Source of the DNA: Phyllosticta citribraziliensis
Taxonomy: Eukaryota
NCBI RefSeq assembly: GCF_038025025.1
Contig: NW_027117342.1
Location: 1,736,001-1,800,000 of the forward strand
DNA: 64,000 bases
Direction of reading: 5' to 3'
Numbering within the stretch: the first letter of the stretch is position 1; each line of letters opens with the position of its first letter. The translations under genes and the position numbers were made by a program. The notes under the pieces are model-generated. The model was not told the DNA's origin. It saw nothing but the letters and a program-made list of their open reading frames with translations, and did no database searches. This document shows, in pieces, positions 10,331 through 23,054 of the stretch.

Positions 10331-12723
10331 ATGCCATCCACCCACTCGAGCTCCAGCTCATCCTCACTCGAGGAGGACGACCCCCACCAAGTTCGGGATG
10401 TGAGCAATCTCTCTCCCATCCCCTTCATCCTCTCCCATCTGGTCGCCTCGTCTGACTTATGCGACCAGGAAATCAACTACAACAACATTCATACGATAGA
10501 GCCAATCATTCGACGATACATCATGGGTGAAAAGCCTAATGATATTGACGGCAGTCGTGCAAATAGATTGCACGCCATTCAAGGCATTCTCATCAAGCTT
10601 GGAGAAGGCACCCTTACAGGATTGGAGAAGCAGTTCCAACAACATAAGCAGATCCAGAAGGCTGTGGGCCCTCTCAAACGGGCAAGGGAAAAACTGTTGA
10701 GATCAAGAAAAATCTGCAGCATGCCTCTCAAAAGGATTCTGGAAGTCACTCCTCCTAAAAGAAAGCGGGAAGTCGATGAAGATGACAGTGGCGGACGCTG
10801 CGTCGAAGAATGGATGAAAAAAGTTGAGATCTTGAGAGAGGACGACAGAAGCTTACAAGATTTTCAGCTCGCGTTCAGGGCATGCGACTGGGAGGAGGAG
10901 GAGGAGCCGAGATGGCCGGACCACCCCGATTACATCGAATCAGACGTTTATGTCACAAAAGATGACCTGGAAAAGAAAGAGCGGCGGATCTCTGACCTGG
11001 CCGAGCTCGAATTCGAGCATATCATGACAGACCCGGGGTGGCGCGAGAGCAAATCCGGCATGTGCAATGCCTACTGGTTACGCCGGCTCGTTGTTTACAT
11101 ATCAAGAATGCTCACCGAGGATGGCATCAAATGCGTCATGGATACACTCTCTGAACTGCGCGGACTCTTCAGAGGTTTCCCGACACCGATTCGAACGCTC
11201 CTTAGGAACAACTCATAGAAAGGGCACACCAAACTCTCGTTTCACGGGATCTCGTTTGAACAGAGGGACTTTTGGCGCTTGTTTTCGGCGTCTGACCTAG
11301 CCCGGCAGATGAACAGGATCAAACGCCTTCGTCGACAAAAGGACGGGCGTTTGATGGGATTCATGAAGTTGGACCCGGACGTTGCACGGATCGTCAGTAC
11401 CGACAAAACGCCAAAAACCGCTAAAGAAATCATGACCGCTTGGGCGGCAATTCAAGTCTTCACAGTGCTCAGGCATAAAGATGTCGACCTTCGGAAAGAA
11501 CTCAGATCCTACTTGCCGATGTTCAAACAACTAGTCGACTTCGGGAAGCACCTGCTCGAATTCGAGAAGAAATTCTCCAAGGCGGTTTTCCTGTTGTTTC
11601 CGCCCGGGGGTTGGGGACTACTGTGAGCAATGTCCCCGATGTACAGTTTGCTGTGATACGTCTACCAATCGACATACTGACCCTTTCCACTTGCAGTTTC
11701 CCGTCCCCTCCAGCTCGACCGCCAGCCATCTTCACCCGGAAGGTTCTCGATGACCTTTGCGAAGAATTCCCGCAATTACCGCGCATCATCAGACGACTGC
11801 TCCCAATAGCCGACATCATGGACCCGAACAAGCCTTTTCCCGAGCAGGCCCCGCCACGCTACAACTTTGAAAACGGCACCTTCGATGGCAGCCCGGAATC
11901 CTTGGAGAATTTGTTTGATCATGAATTGTTTGCCCGCTCTGATTCCGGGATGACCTCTGATTCCAGCGATGAAGGCTTTGATTCCGGCGATGAGAGCTCG
12001 GATTCCGACGACGATGATGAAGACGTGACGCATCTCTTGAACGCTCCTCAAGAGAGTGACGAGGAAATCATCAAGACCAGCAATCATGAAGTTACGGAGC
12101 ATTCAGTTGCGGGGACACTCAATGGAATCGGTGCCAGATTCGTACAGGAGTACCAGGGCGCTGCTACCCCTCCCTCAACCAGCAGGCAGGAGTCTGGTCC
12201 AACAGACAAGGTCAAGTCTAGCACAGCCGATACACATACCGGCCCTGGCACCAGCATGAGCGTCGAGGCACAGAACAAGTTCGACGCGCTTGTCCAACAG
12301 GTGAGGACCGAGGCCGAGGACGGCCAATTTTGGGACAGAACGAAGTTAGAAACAGCCGGTGTCCGACTCAAACTAGCCCATTGGAGCGAGATTACTGGCA
12401 TGGGGCCCTTGGAATTTGCAATAATGATGATTGGCCTCATCAGTATCAAGGTCCCTGGTACCAACAGCAGCAAATCTGGCGACACAAACGTTAAGCCGTC
12501 CAGAGAATGCGCCAAATCCATCGATGACGTCGTAGCCGCCAATCGACCCTTTAGACCGTGTGAACCACAGGGCACAGACACCAACGTCCCCGATTCCACA
12601 GGAGCCACTGACCATGCCGGGGATGCTGATGGGGATGCCCATGCTACGGGCTCTGATGGTGATCCGGACATGAATGTTGATGATGGCGACGCTGATGCGG
12701 ATGTGGAGGACAATGTTTCTTGA
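10331..12723 (+). CDS. Orphan multi-exon gene with an acidic C-terminus; one in-frame TAG at 11216-11218 (possible pseudogene or unresolved intron)
   Basis: Three long ORF segments. Candidate introns 10400-10468 and 11623-11696 have GTGAGC donors, CTGAC branch sites and CAG acceptors. ORF 10331-11218 and the downstream ORF to 11626 share one frame, separated only by TAG. No family recognised. Confidence 0.55.
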
Positions 12724-15498
12724 CCTTTCTCTCCCCTTGCGCCGATTGGCATCACGCGTGGAGTTTGGGAGCATTCATTTGCCTTACTTGTCCCTTCCAT
12801 AGCTATCTTAATGAAAGAGCAAAATGAGAGACTGTTCTCTCGTCCCACGAGCAAGTAAAAAAGAATCTTTGTGTAGTTCCATCGTCGAGAATCAAACTCG
12901 GGTCTCACGATGGATTGATGGCAGATTGGGTCGAGGTTTGGTATTATACAGGGGAGTTTACTTGAAGAGGTGAAGACGCAGGTTGTGACAGTTCCGGACA
13001 CGAGGGTAAAGGAACTGAAATGCATGGATCTCTTGGGCCAAGCACGTGGATCGAGATAAACCCAAGAAAGAAAGCAGTCAAATTGTAAAAGTAACTGTAG
13101 AAGAAAAAAGAAGGAAGTGTGTAGAAGCTATGTCACGCAGCGCAACGGCAGACGGAAAGATGTTGCGGCCTGCATGCCAGCGCGTTGTCTCTGGAATTCA
13201 CAGCAACCGGTGACAGCTCCATTGCTCGGTTCCTTTTTGGGGGCTGTCTATGGGCCGAGGATAATGGATAAATTGACGGAGAGCAGGCAGAGACAGACTC
13301 CCAAGCTGGATGATTCCAGACAGTGTGCAGTGAAGGAAAGGCTGCGTCATGCGTACGTAAAGAAGGGGCGAAGACGGTCAGATCAGTTGTGAATGGGAGA
13401 AAGAGGATTTGTGGTAGGCAGAGAGACCATGTGAGAAGAGCAAACTCTCCTGCTGGATGTGGGAAGAATGCCGAAGCAACAATGCGACGTGCCCCGAGCT
13501 TTGTGGATTTGTCGAGGTAGGGCAGTGGGTAGGCTTAGGTTGGTTGACGGATGGCTGCCGCCGCTGCTCTTATTGTGGCTTTGCTTGCGCTGGTGATGGG
13601 CACTCACCACGCAGCCACCTGAACACGCAGTCAGTCATCCACAACCTACCACTTAGTCAGGCACTCATCAGCGACGCCAGAAAGTTGGACAAGGGAACAA
13701 GGCGAGCGCGTGCTTGAGTGACGGCGTACGTACCACACGACGCAATAGTCACAAGAGCAACACCATCTCCCAATTTCCACCTGCTTCCCCTTGTCCTCGA
13801 ATTACACGCACACATGGTTTTCCCTTCGCCCACGTGTCCTGTCAGCCAGAAAGAAAGGAAAAAAGCAAGCCAGTCGCTCGGATCCCGAGGAGGGGCAAAG
13901 GCTGAAACGCCGTCATGTCGTCCAAACCAACCCATCACTACGTGCGAACTTGGCTGTCGCGGGCGGCGGAAACTCCCTAATTCGCCCTTTTGCATGGTGC
14001 TAGTCCCGTTTGGGCAAGCTACCAATTACGTTCCATCAGTGCTGTCAGCGCCTCTTCTGTGGTGGGAAGGGCAGGGCGAAAATGGAAAGCGGTTGGTCGG
14101 TTGGTATGAGGATGGTGATGACAGTGCAGCGGCGGTGGCGAGCAGAGATTCGGGGTGATGAGAAAGTGACTTGCTGAGCTTCTCCGTCCGCCACGGACGT
14201 GGGGCAGAGGCAATCGTGGCGGGGTCTCTCTCTATATGTGCAACCTGAGAATGATGCCGAGCCGAAAAAAGAGAAAAGAAGACGTCTCGGCATCGCGATG
14301 CGGGTAGATCTGCACAACACGTAAATCCGTAACGTAGAGCTCCCTCTCCAAGTAGACAGAAAAGGAAAGTGACCAGGTTGTAGAATTGGTGTGGGGGAAT
14401 GGCTGCCGCCGCTGCTGCTGCAAGTAAGCACTCTAGCATGTTAGAAGTAGTTAGATATGTGGGTCGCCGAACAGGACTGATTACAGGTACATGTGGATTG
14501 CCCGCCGCCACCGCTGTGAGTAAGCGCATCGCATGTACACCTGCTGCTCTACTTCTGTAAAGTAGACAAAAAGTCTCTCTCCCACTCTGGGTCGCATAAG
14601 TGCCGTGGGATATCCAGAAGGTCGCATCAGGTCTGCTGCGTCGTTGCCCAAGAAGGAATGAGGCGTCGTGGTACAGACGCCTTCCCCAGAGACCGCTAAG
14701 CCGGATTTACATAGCGCAGGGGTGGAATGGGCTGATGAGCTGCGCAAGGCTGAGAGTGAGCGGCATGACGACGGAGGCGAGATTGCCGCGGTCTGGAGTG
14801 TGGGGTAAAAGTTTTTCGATGTCTGTTGTATTCGCGACTCGTCATCTCGGCCCCCGCCGCTTCATGGCCGTGGGCGACAAAGCCGTGACTAGCGCTGTTG
14901 GTGGAGGAGGACCGTGGTGGGCGACGAGTCGCATCGAGTGCCGTTGACGCTGCGGCGGTGGCAAGGGATTCTCCGCGAGGAAATAGGCAGGAGCCAACAA
15001 CTCACGAGGCAAACCAACGACTGGAAGGCTTCCTTGTGGGAGGAAATCAAGAAGCTGCCGTGGGACCGTGAGTGGTAAAAGCGACATTAGCCGACGTGGA
15101 CGAGGCATGTCGCGTGGCTCTCTTCTGCCTGCAAGCATCGACGAGAAGAGGGCACGAGACTGGAAGTCGAGGGTTGAAGTTGGAATTAGGCCGTCCGAGA
15201 GCGGGCCGGTACCAGCACACTGGTCAAAAGTCTGGGGAAAACGGCACAATCCCTGGGTCCCTGGATCGAGCTAACCTTTGCCGGATCTTTGCTCCGTCTT
15301 CAGCCCTCGTCACTTGCCAAACTTCGGATCATCCAACGACTTTGATTTCGTATGTGCAAGAGGCTCGCTGTTCACTGTGTACAGGGGTATGAAAGAGACG
15401 ACGGGTCATGACTCGTAAACGACTGCCTCAGCATAGTCGTAGCGCTGTGTTGATTGCAAACACCCAAAAGCACTCGCTGTTCGCTGCATGCGATTTTT

Positions 15499-17008
15499 CT
15501 ACCCGCACGCGGACCCAATGGTACGACCCTCGAGCGTCGGGAACACACCAGCATCAATCAGCTTGAAAAGGTCCCACTCGGCCGCGCCTTCGGTCTTGAA
15601 GTTCCACCAGAACCAGCCCTGCGTCTTGTACTCCCACACGTCCAGCTGGGCGTTGATGTAGTTGGTCGTGGCAGTCTTCATCTCGTCGCTCCACTTGGAA
15701 ATGTCGTTCTTGTCCTCGCAGGATCCGACGTAGCTGGATCCCGAGTACGTGCCGTCGTATCGTGCGCCAATGCCAAAGCCATTCAGGTACGTGGCGCAGT
15801 CGGTCATTGCGCCGGTCCACTCGCCGACGACGACAAACTTGTCGAAGCCCTCGCCCCAGTTTTGCGCGTTGGTGCACACGTACGAGTTGTGGTCATCTGC
15901 CGACATGGCCACAAGTGAGTCGGTAAAGACTTGGTACTCATGGTGGTCGACCACAGCTCCCTCGACGCCTTCCCCACTGAGGACTCCATTCCATTGGGAC
16001 GGATTGACGAAGCCGTCCTGAATAACAACCATGGCTTCGCTGCCGTCGACTCCGCGGACCGTGCTGAATCCGTTTTCGTAGTAGGCTTTGGTTGCATCGA
16101 AACCTCCCTCGAGGTTAGACATGAGTGGCTCATTGAGGAGCTGGATACCCTTCACGACGTCCGAGTAGTTTGCCGTGGCGTATTTGTTGGCAATGATAGT
16201 TATGACTTCTTCAGTGGCAGACACCGAGTCATAGGTAGTCCAGCCTGGCGACGACGTCTTTTGGCCCGAGTTGTCGAATCCGTTCTGGGAGCGAGGGGCA
16301 CCGTGAAGATCAATCCAGACGGCAAGACCGGTGTTCCTTGCCCATTCAATGGCGGTATCGAGATACGGCGCTGCCCCTTGGATGTATGGGTCCTCGCCAT
16401 ATTTTTGGAAAGCCCAGTAACCTGTTCCGCGTTAGTTGCATATCCGGATGCGAAGTGACGAAAAGATCAGACTCAGTTCAGGCATGAGCCTTTGAATTGT
16501 ATGCTCAATGTTGTGCATGCATCCAAAGGGAGCCTTTGGGTGAGAGTTGTGTCAAGAGTCTTGGATATTGCTAGATCCAATGGCTCTGCATGATGCATAG
16601 GTGCAATTGGAAGGCTGGGAAATGCTGTCTTACCAATTGGAATGCGCACGGCTGAAAACCCATTGTCGGCGAGCTTCTGGAAATCATCTTGTGAGACCCA
16701 CGAGTCCCAGTGTGACTTGAGAACGTCGGCTGCATTGTCGGAATTTTGACACAGCGTATACTCGTCGACAATCCCCAGCGACGTGTCAAACTGATCAAAG
16801 ACTGAAGGAGTGATCCAAGGTTCGAGGACAAGCCAGCCCCCAATATTGGCACCTCTTACGGGTGACGCACCAAGCTCGTAGGCACGCTTCTTGTGAGGAA
16901 TGGCCAAGCTGGACACCATGTGAGAGGGCTTCTTTTCAGAGACATGGAGACTTACGCAGAGGATGCCTGGAGAAGAGATGCCACGGCCAAAGCCTGAGTG
17001 AGCTTCAT
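15499..17008 (-). CDS. EXG1: Secreted GH5 exo-beta-1,3-glucanase (Exg1/ExgA-like); 3 exons
   Basis: Signal peptide MKLTQALAVASLLQASSA and a KR site; introns 16909-16955 and 16422-16633. Motifs VRGANIGGWLVLEPWITPS, VRIPIGYW, IDLHG, LLNEP (acid/base) and VGEW (nucleophile). Confidence 0.95.
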
Positions 17009-20000
17009 TGTGAATCAGAAGTGAAGCTGGAAGAGGTTAGAAGAGGTGTCAATTCAATGGGATGGTGCTGGACGTGTGAGAGGGCCAAGTTCCGGAGGGG
17101 CACGCTACGGTTAATATACGACGAGCATGAAGAGGGACCACGACGTGGAGGCAAGGATGATGACATCCCGAGCAGCAGGCTGAAGATCCACGCACCCACG
17201 CACTCCAGCTTTCTCGGGCGCCTTGGATGCAAGCAGAACAAAAAGTTAGCGGACAAGGGTCCTAGCTTGAGGCAGTATGACATCAGGCGCATGTTGACTG
17301 TTTACTTTGGTCGGCTCAAAGGGTGAATCCGGGATTCTTGGGGCGCTCGTGGCTGGCGGTGAAGGGGCGGGCTTGGATTAGGCATTGCTCGTGGGTGGAA
17401 GAGGTTTTGGACACACAGTGTCTGTAGGTCCTGGGAACCTGCGTCCGGGGTGCAGCATACAGGCCCGCGATCCATACACCAAGCTCCAGCAGACGTCGGC
17501 TTTGACGAGGCATGGGAGGCCGGCCAGTAGAAGCGACCGACGTCCTGGCAAAAGGGACTGGTGGCTTTGATGCTGGCCAGGAAGCCTATAGCGGAGCCTT
17601 TTTTTCGCGTATGACAGCGAGGCGTCGCACACGGGTGGACGGACGGGGCCGATCTTAGCGCACCAGAGGCTAACGTGGCGCCCTCCCTCCCGAGCATGCG
17701 CTGCTCGGCAGGTGCACACATGATCTACCTGGCTTGCGACTTGGGGTGGTCTTCTTCCAAGAAGCCGAAATTACAGCTGACGGCGTGGACGAATCGGCTC
17801 AACGACCTGGGCCAGAGGGTCGAGAGCGCGTGACGGGGTTGTGCAGGAAATATTTTGGGCGATCGGGACTACGGGGCCAGCGGACGGCTCTCGTGGGCGT
17901 GACGGCTGTGTAGCCTTGGTTGTAGAGATACCGGTCGCAGTAGTAGCAGCTGTATCTCGAGAACGCGCCCCATTCAGCTATCCCGAAGAGGAAACCAAGC
18001 GAAACAGCTTGGGTAGTCGGATATGAGCGGTCCGCGTCAGACCCGTGATATCCCGGCTCCCGACGCTGCAGGCGTTGCAGGCTGGGTCCGCTCCGAGCAC
18101 TGGCACACCAAGAACCTCTGCCATGACAAGGTACAGTAGTCTTGTTGTCATATGCGGCCGGCTTACTTCGCGGGGGGTCGTCTTTTTCGATCCAGCACAC
18201 CCCGCTTCATAATGCTCGCCGTCATATGATGATTCTGTGCAGAAGCGACGTCAAAGGAAGGAACCCAAGCCTCGTCAGACGTGAAAAAAAAAGCCAGGTT
18301 CGTCCGTACCAACGCAGTACTCTGCTGGGCGCCACGAGCTGGAGGGGCTGACTCGGCCCAAGGGGACGAATGTGTGGAAGTACAACAGGAAGTGTGGCTG
18401 CACGCCAATGGTTTGCAGTATGCTGCGTGCGCAATAAGGGCTCCACGTCGACACCGACTCGTATGAGGACTGAGCCGGAGGTCACTCGATGGCTGAGAAA
18501 AGGTACCCAAAGACTCAGGGGGCTGCATTCCATTGACATGTGCTCGAGGCTTTGGTGCTGCTGCACTGCGACCCTATCTGCCAATTAGCGCGAACTTGCA
18601 CCAACGCGTCCTAAAAATTGTGGCAGGATGTCCGAGCGCGTAACGAAGTCTGCCACGGTCAAAGAGGCATCAACCGCCCTCTTGATTTCTTTTGGATGCA
18701 CTGCTCACGGCCACGGCCACAGCAAGCAAAGCCACCGCCTGCGCCATGGCCGAGGCAGAATCCCAAGCGCCGGCCTTGTGGATGCCGGCCTCTCAGAGGT
18801 GGAAAAGGAAAGAGAAAAGTCTCGGGGCCAGTCGTTGCAGAGACACCATGGGTGTGTCGGAGGCGACAGCGGCGGAGAAGCCAGGGCCGGGCGATCTGCT
18901 GTAGGTGAAAGCGGCGTCGATGGCCGGGTACGACGCGGATGGAGGGAGCCAGGCACTCGCCTAGATGCCCAGATTGGGCCTAATTGGACATGTGTCTCGA
19001 CTCGGGCAATTGGAACAGAACACAACCATCTCAGTCATCTACGAGTCCAACACCATGATCGACGAACGGCCCATCGCCCTCCCATGTTGTGCGGAAACTG
19101 TGCCAATAGCCGCGCTTCGAAGTCAAACCCAGCTTGCTCGGCTCCACGGCGAAGGCAGAGGCTGAAACCGCGCCCACTGCCGTCTTCTTACCACAACGCC
19201 CTTTTCAGCCCTTCAGCCTTGATCAACCGGCTCGAAGCAGCCATCACCATCTATCAACCTTGGGCAAAAGTGGTGTTGAGTGGGGAGCAAAGGCAGCGCA
19301 ACCACTCAGGCACAGTTGGTACACTCTAGCCGCCGACAACGTTGACATGGCCTGTAGCCGCCGAGCCGCATCGCGCTCGCGAGACTACACCTCCCCGAGG
19401 CGCGTACAGTACCGTGGTGCCTTTTTGGCTTTGCCGCACCCGTAGAGGCGCACCCGTTGGCCAACGTCACCGGCTTGCCGCCCTGGAGCCACACAGAACT
19501 CGCACCCCTGCGTCGTTGGACCCTTTTGAGGACCTCCTCGGGGTCTCATCGTGGCGGCCGGCCACTCACAAGGCCCAGAAGCAGCGGCACCCCGTTCTTT
19601 CGACGGAGCGGCTATGTGAATGACTGCCGCTTGACGGTTTCAAGTTTGAAAGACTGCTAATTTTGCTTCTTTTGGCTTCCTCTTTGAGCCGCATGGCGAG
19701 TACCAAAAGTGGAAGACGTTTCATGACGACAGACCAGGTAAGGCCGTGGTCTTGCGCAGCCACTGGAATGTAGCTCATCGTCACTCAAGAAGGTCCCGCT
19801 GCGCCGCAATGGTTGGTATATATGACTTGGGGGCGAGCCTTTGGGTTGCAAGACCAAACACCGGTAATTCGCACTCTTACTTTCCCTTGTCTGTATCTTC
19901 CTCTTGTTTCCTTGCATACTCTCCTCAACTCCATTTCCACCCTTCGTAATCGATAATCTCCGTCGTCATCTTTCCTGAAAGTCGCGTAATACACTCGCAA

Positions 20001-20058
20001 TCCACGAGCATTGCTTCTCAGACAACCGTTGGAGAGTTTTCTTGATTCAAGAACCATC

Positions 20059-20800
20059 ATGCCCAAAGACGTCAAAGCATCCGCCCACAACCACCGAATG
20101 GAACCAATCCAAGTACAGCCTGCTCCAGCCATTGGAGGCCAATCACGAAGCACGGCTCAGTGGCTCAAGGAGGACGACGACAGATTGATGCAAGCCCGGG
20201 CGTCAGGTCTCAATTGGCAACCTATCGCTGCTCGCTACTTTCCAAACAAGACGCCAAATGCTTGCAGGAAACGTCACGAGAGGCTGATGGAGCGTCGCAA
20301 CGCTGAGGACTTTGATGGCTTCAAGCTTGAACTGCTTGCTCAAGAGTACATGAACGTCCGCAAGGAGATGTGGAGCCTCCTCGCGGAACGAGTTGGGGAG
20401 AAATGGGCAGTGGTCGAGGCAAAGGTAAGCACAGAAGAATGACTTCGTTTTGAGCAATTGGAAGCTAATGAATGGGATGTAGTGCATGGAACGTGGTCTC
20501 AAGAACCTACAGGCAGCACACCGAGCAGCACAGCGGAAGGAACGAGGTAACTACGAAGGCGAAGACAGCGGCATCGGAGGCTCGGACGCTGAGAGCGAGG
20601 CAGAGGAATGTGGCCCGCCGGTCGATGCTGGTTCGCATCGAGCCGGGCCCTCCAACCAAGCCCGGAATCAGAATCAAAACCAAAACCAAAACCAGAGCTC
20701 GAAATCGAAATCGAAATCCGACACTCTCAAGGCGCAGCGGGGATTTCCTTCGATTCAGTCGATGCTGTCACCGGAGCCACCGCAGGGCAAGCAGGGGTGA
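20059..20800 (+). CDS. Small Myb/SANT-like DNA-binding protein; 2 exons
   Basis: ATG at 20059; intron 20425-20482. Myb repeat WLKEDDDRLMQARASGLNWQPIAARYFPNKTPNACRKRHERL. NQ and SK microsatellite-encoded tracts lie near the C-terminus. Confidence 0.9.
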
Positions 20801-21342
20801 AATGGGCGGTCAATTGTTTGTTTGGCATCATTGGGGATTCGGCGTTGGTATTGTTTTTGGGAGGTTGGCAATCTGGAGGTGTTGATGGGCGGCGGTTAAC
20901 AGGAGGGCTCTGATTGGCTGGTGGTTTTATACTCCTGAATTGCACCGGGAACCGCATGCCAAGCAAAAGCTTGCGTGGACTGAGCAAGTGCCAAGGACCT
21001 GAGCCCCGTAGCTTTGCAATGTTCAGTTTCAGGCTTACGAATGGCGACCGGCTGGCTGGCTGGGTGCGAAAAGGCGTGAAGGGGAGGGAGTGGTGGGGAT
21101 GACGGAGTGCAAGCCATGTCATCATCAGGTTCGCCGTTTCGGCGCGCAGTGGATTCCTTTCCGACTCACCTCAAACCTGCTCCAGCACCGCAGAGCCTCA
21201 ACTTCCTGCTGCTTGGTATTCGAAAAAGGCCTGCCCAAGCGCTTCATCTCGACCTCTTTGTTTCCTTATGCTTGTGCGCGTTGCCCCGAGCCATGGCGCG
21301 CCAACCTGTCCGTGTTACGCGTTCCGTGCGGGTACGCGGGTG

Positions 21343-23054
21343 ATGGGCGCCGGAGTTCATCGAGGGCCACGTTTATCCTCCACCCTTTTACGTCTCAGGC
21401 TTTCGCACTTAAGATACCACGGTCCGCGCAATTCTTCCTCCTCGACAGCAACAAAGTCGCTCGCTTCGTCCCCCCCCGCACCGCCCGCCGCTCGCTCTGT
21501 TGTGCTTCCCTCGGCCCCGTCCGCCCTGCCGCCGCTTCCTCGATTTACTTCTTTGACCATTTACGCTTCCCGCCGGCACAACCTCATCGTCCCAAACCCA
21601 GCCATGACAGCCACCCAGACCCGCGGTCATGCGGGTCACAGTCACGGCCATCACCATCACACCGATCCGTCGCTGTTGCTCAGCAGTGACAAGAAGGACG
21701 CCGCCGTGCGCATCACGCGCCTAGGACTCTTTCTCAATATCGTCCTGGCTATAGGGAAGGGAGTGGCTGGCTACTACTGGAATAGCAAAAGTGCGTTTCC
21801 TCGATCAACCCACCTGATGGACTAGCGCTTCCGTTAGTCTGTGCCGCTACTGCTACAGGGTCGCGAGAGACGTGGGTGATAGAACAGGACAGTCGCTAAT
21901 GCAGGCAAAAATAGTGCTCATCGGAGATGCTTTCCACTCTCTCTCGGACATGATGTCGGATATCATGACCTTGATCACGGTCAAATGGTCCCTCAAACCA
22001 CCCTCGGAACGATATCCCACAGGGTTTGGCAAGATTGAGAGCCTGGGCAGCTTGGGCGTATCCTCGTTGCTGCTCATGGGCGGTCTGGGAATCGGATGGT
22101 CTGCGGTGCTCACTCTGAGCCAGCAGTTTGCTCCGGAATTGGCCGACGTGCTGTCCCACTTTGACTTCCTGGGACTAGGACATGGCCACGGCCACGACCA
22201 TGGGGGTCACAGTCACAGCGCAAGCCACATGGCAGCAGAGGCCCCGAGCTTGAATGCCGCGTGGTTATTGTTTGCATCTGCCGCCGTCAAGGAGTGGCTA
22301 GTATATGCAAGTAAGTCGTTGGCCGGGACACCAGATCTCGAAATCGCAATACTCGAGATAATCTTGCATTCCCCCACGGCGCGCTAACATTCACGCCCTC
22401 CCCACAGCCCGGAAAGTTGCCCGTGAGCGCAAGTCGTCCGTCCTCGATAGCAACGCCATGCACCACCGCGTCGACAGCTACACGGCCATCTTGACCGCCT
22501 GCATAATCCTCGCCTCCAACTTTGCGACCAATGCCGCCTGGCTGGACCCTGTCGGCTCCCTCATCATTACCGGCATGGTCGTCAAAGCCGGCTACCAAAA
22601 CTTCTTCCAGGCCATGCGCGAGCTGGTCGACGTGACGGTGGACGAAGACATCAAGGACAGCGTGCGCCGCGCCGCTACCAAGGCCCTCACCGACGCCGGT
22701 CTCTTCACCGAAGCCGCCGAGGCCGACAGCACCCAGCATGTACAAATTCGCCATGTGCAGGGAGTCAAGAGCGGGCCCAACTACCTTATGGAGGTCGACT
22801 TGTCAGTACCCGGTCACTGGAGTGTGGAGCAGTCGGCGGGCGTTGAGGAGCTGGTGCGCGAGCGCGTCGGTCTCCGCTGCCGCGGCGTCAAGCGCGTCAA
22901 GGTCCGCTTTGTGCCCGCCGACCGCCCCAGTGATGGACCCGAGTTTTTGGACGAGTTCATCGCTGCCGATGTTAGCGGTAGGAGTACGCCAGAGCATGAC
23001 CACGAGCACGACCACGGCCATAACCATGGCCAAGATGCGAAGAAGAAGCGGTGA
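21343..23054 (+). CDS. MMT2: Mitochondrial cation diffusion facilitator (Mmt1/Mmt2-like iron transporter); 3 exons
   Basis: R/S/L-rich presequence and His-rich loops. CDF motifs DAFHSLSD, YPTGFGKIESLG and NAMHHRVD. Introns 21791-21914 and 22311-22407. Exact start codon and the MMT1-versus-MMT2 orthology are uncertain. Confidence 0.9.

Noticed and set aside
17979..18023. Hammerhead-ribozyme-like arrangement TATCC-CGAAGA-G...C-GAAAC...GTC-GGATA
   Set aside because: The core lacks the conserved U of CUGANGA, and stems II and III have only 1-2 good pairs, so chance is likely. An Infernal search with the Rfam hammerhead models would settle it.
21791..21914. Possible micro-exon or twin intron inside MMT intron 1
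   Set aside because: The internal AG/GT pairs give 7- or 13-nt pieces that break the frame; a single intron restores the CDF motif.
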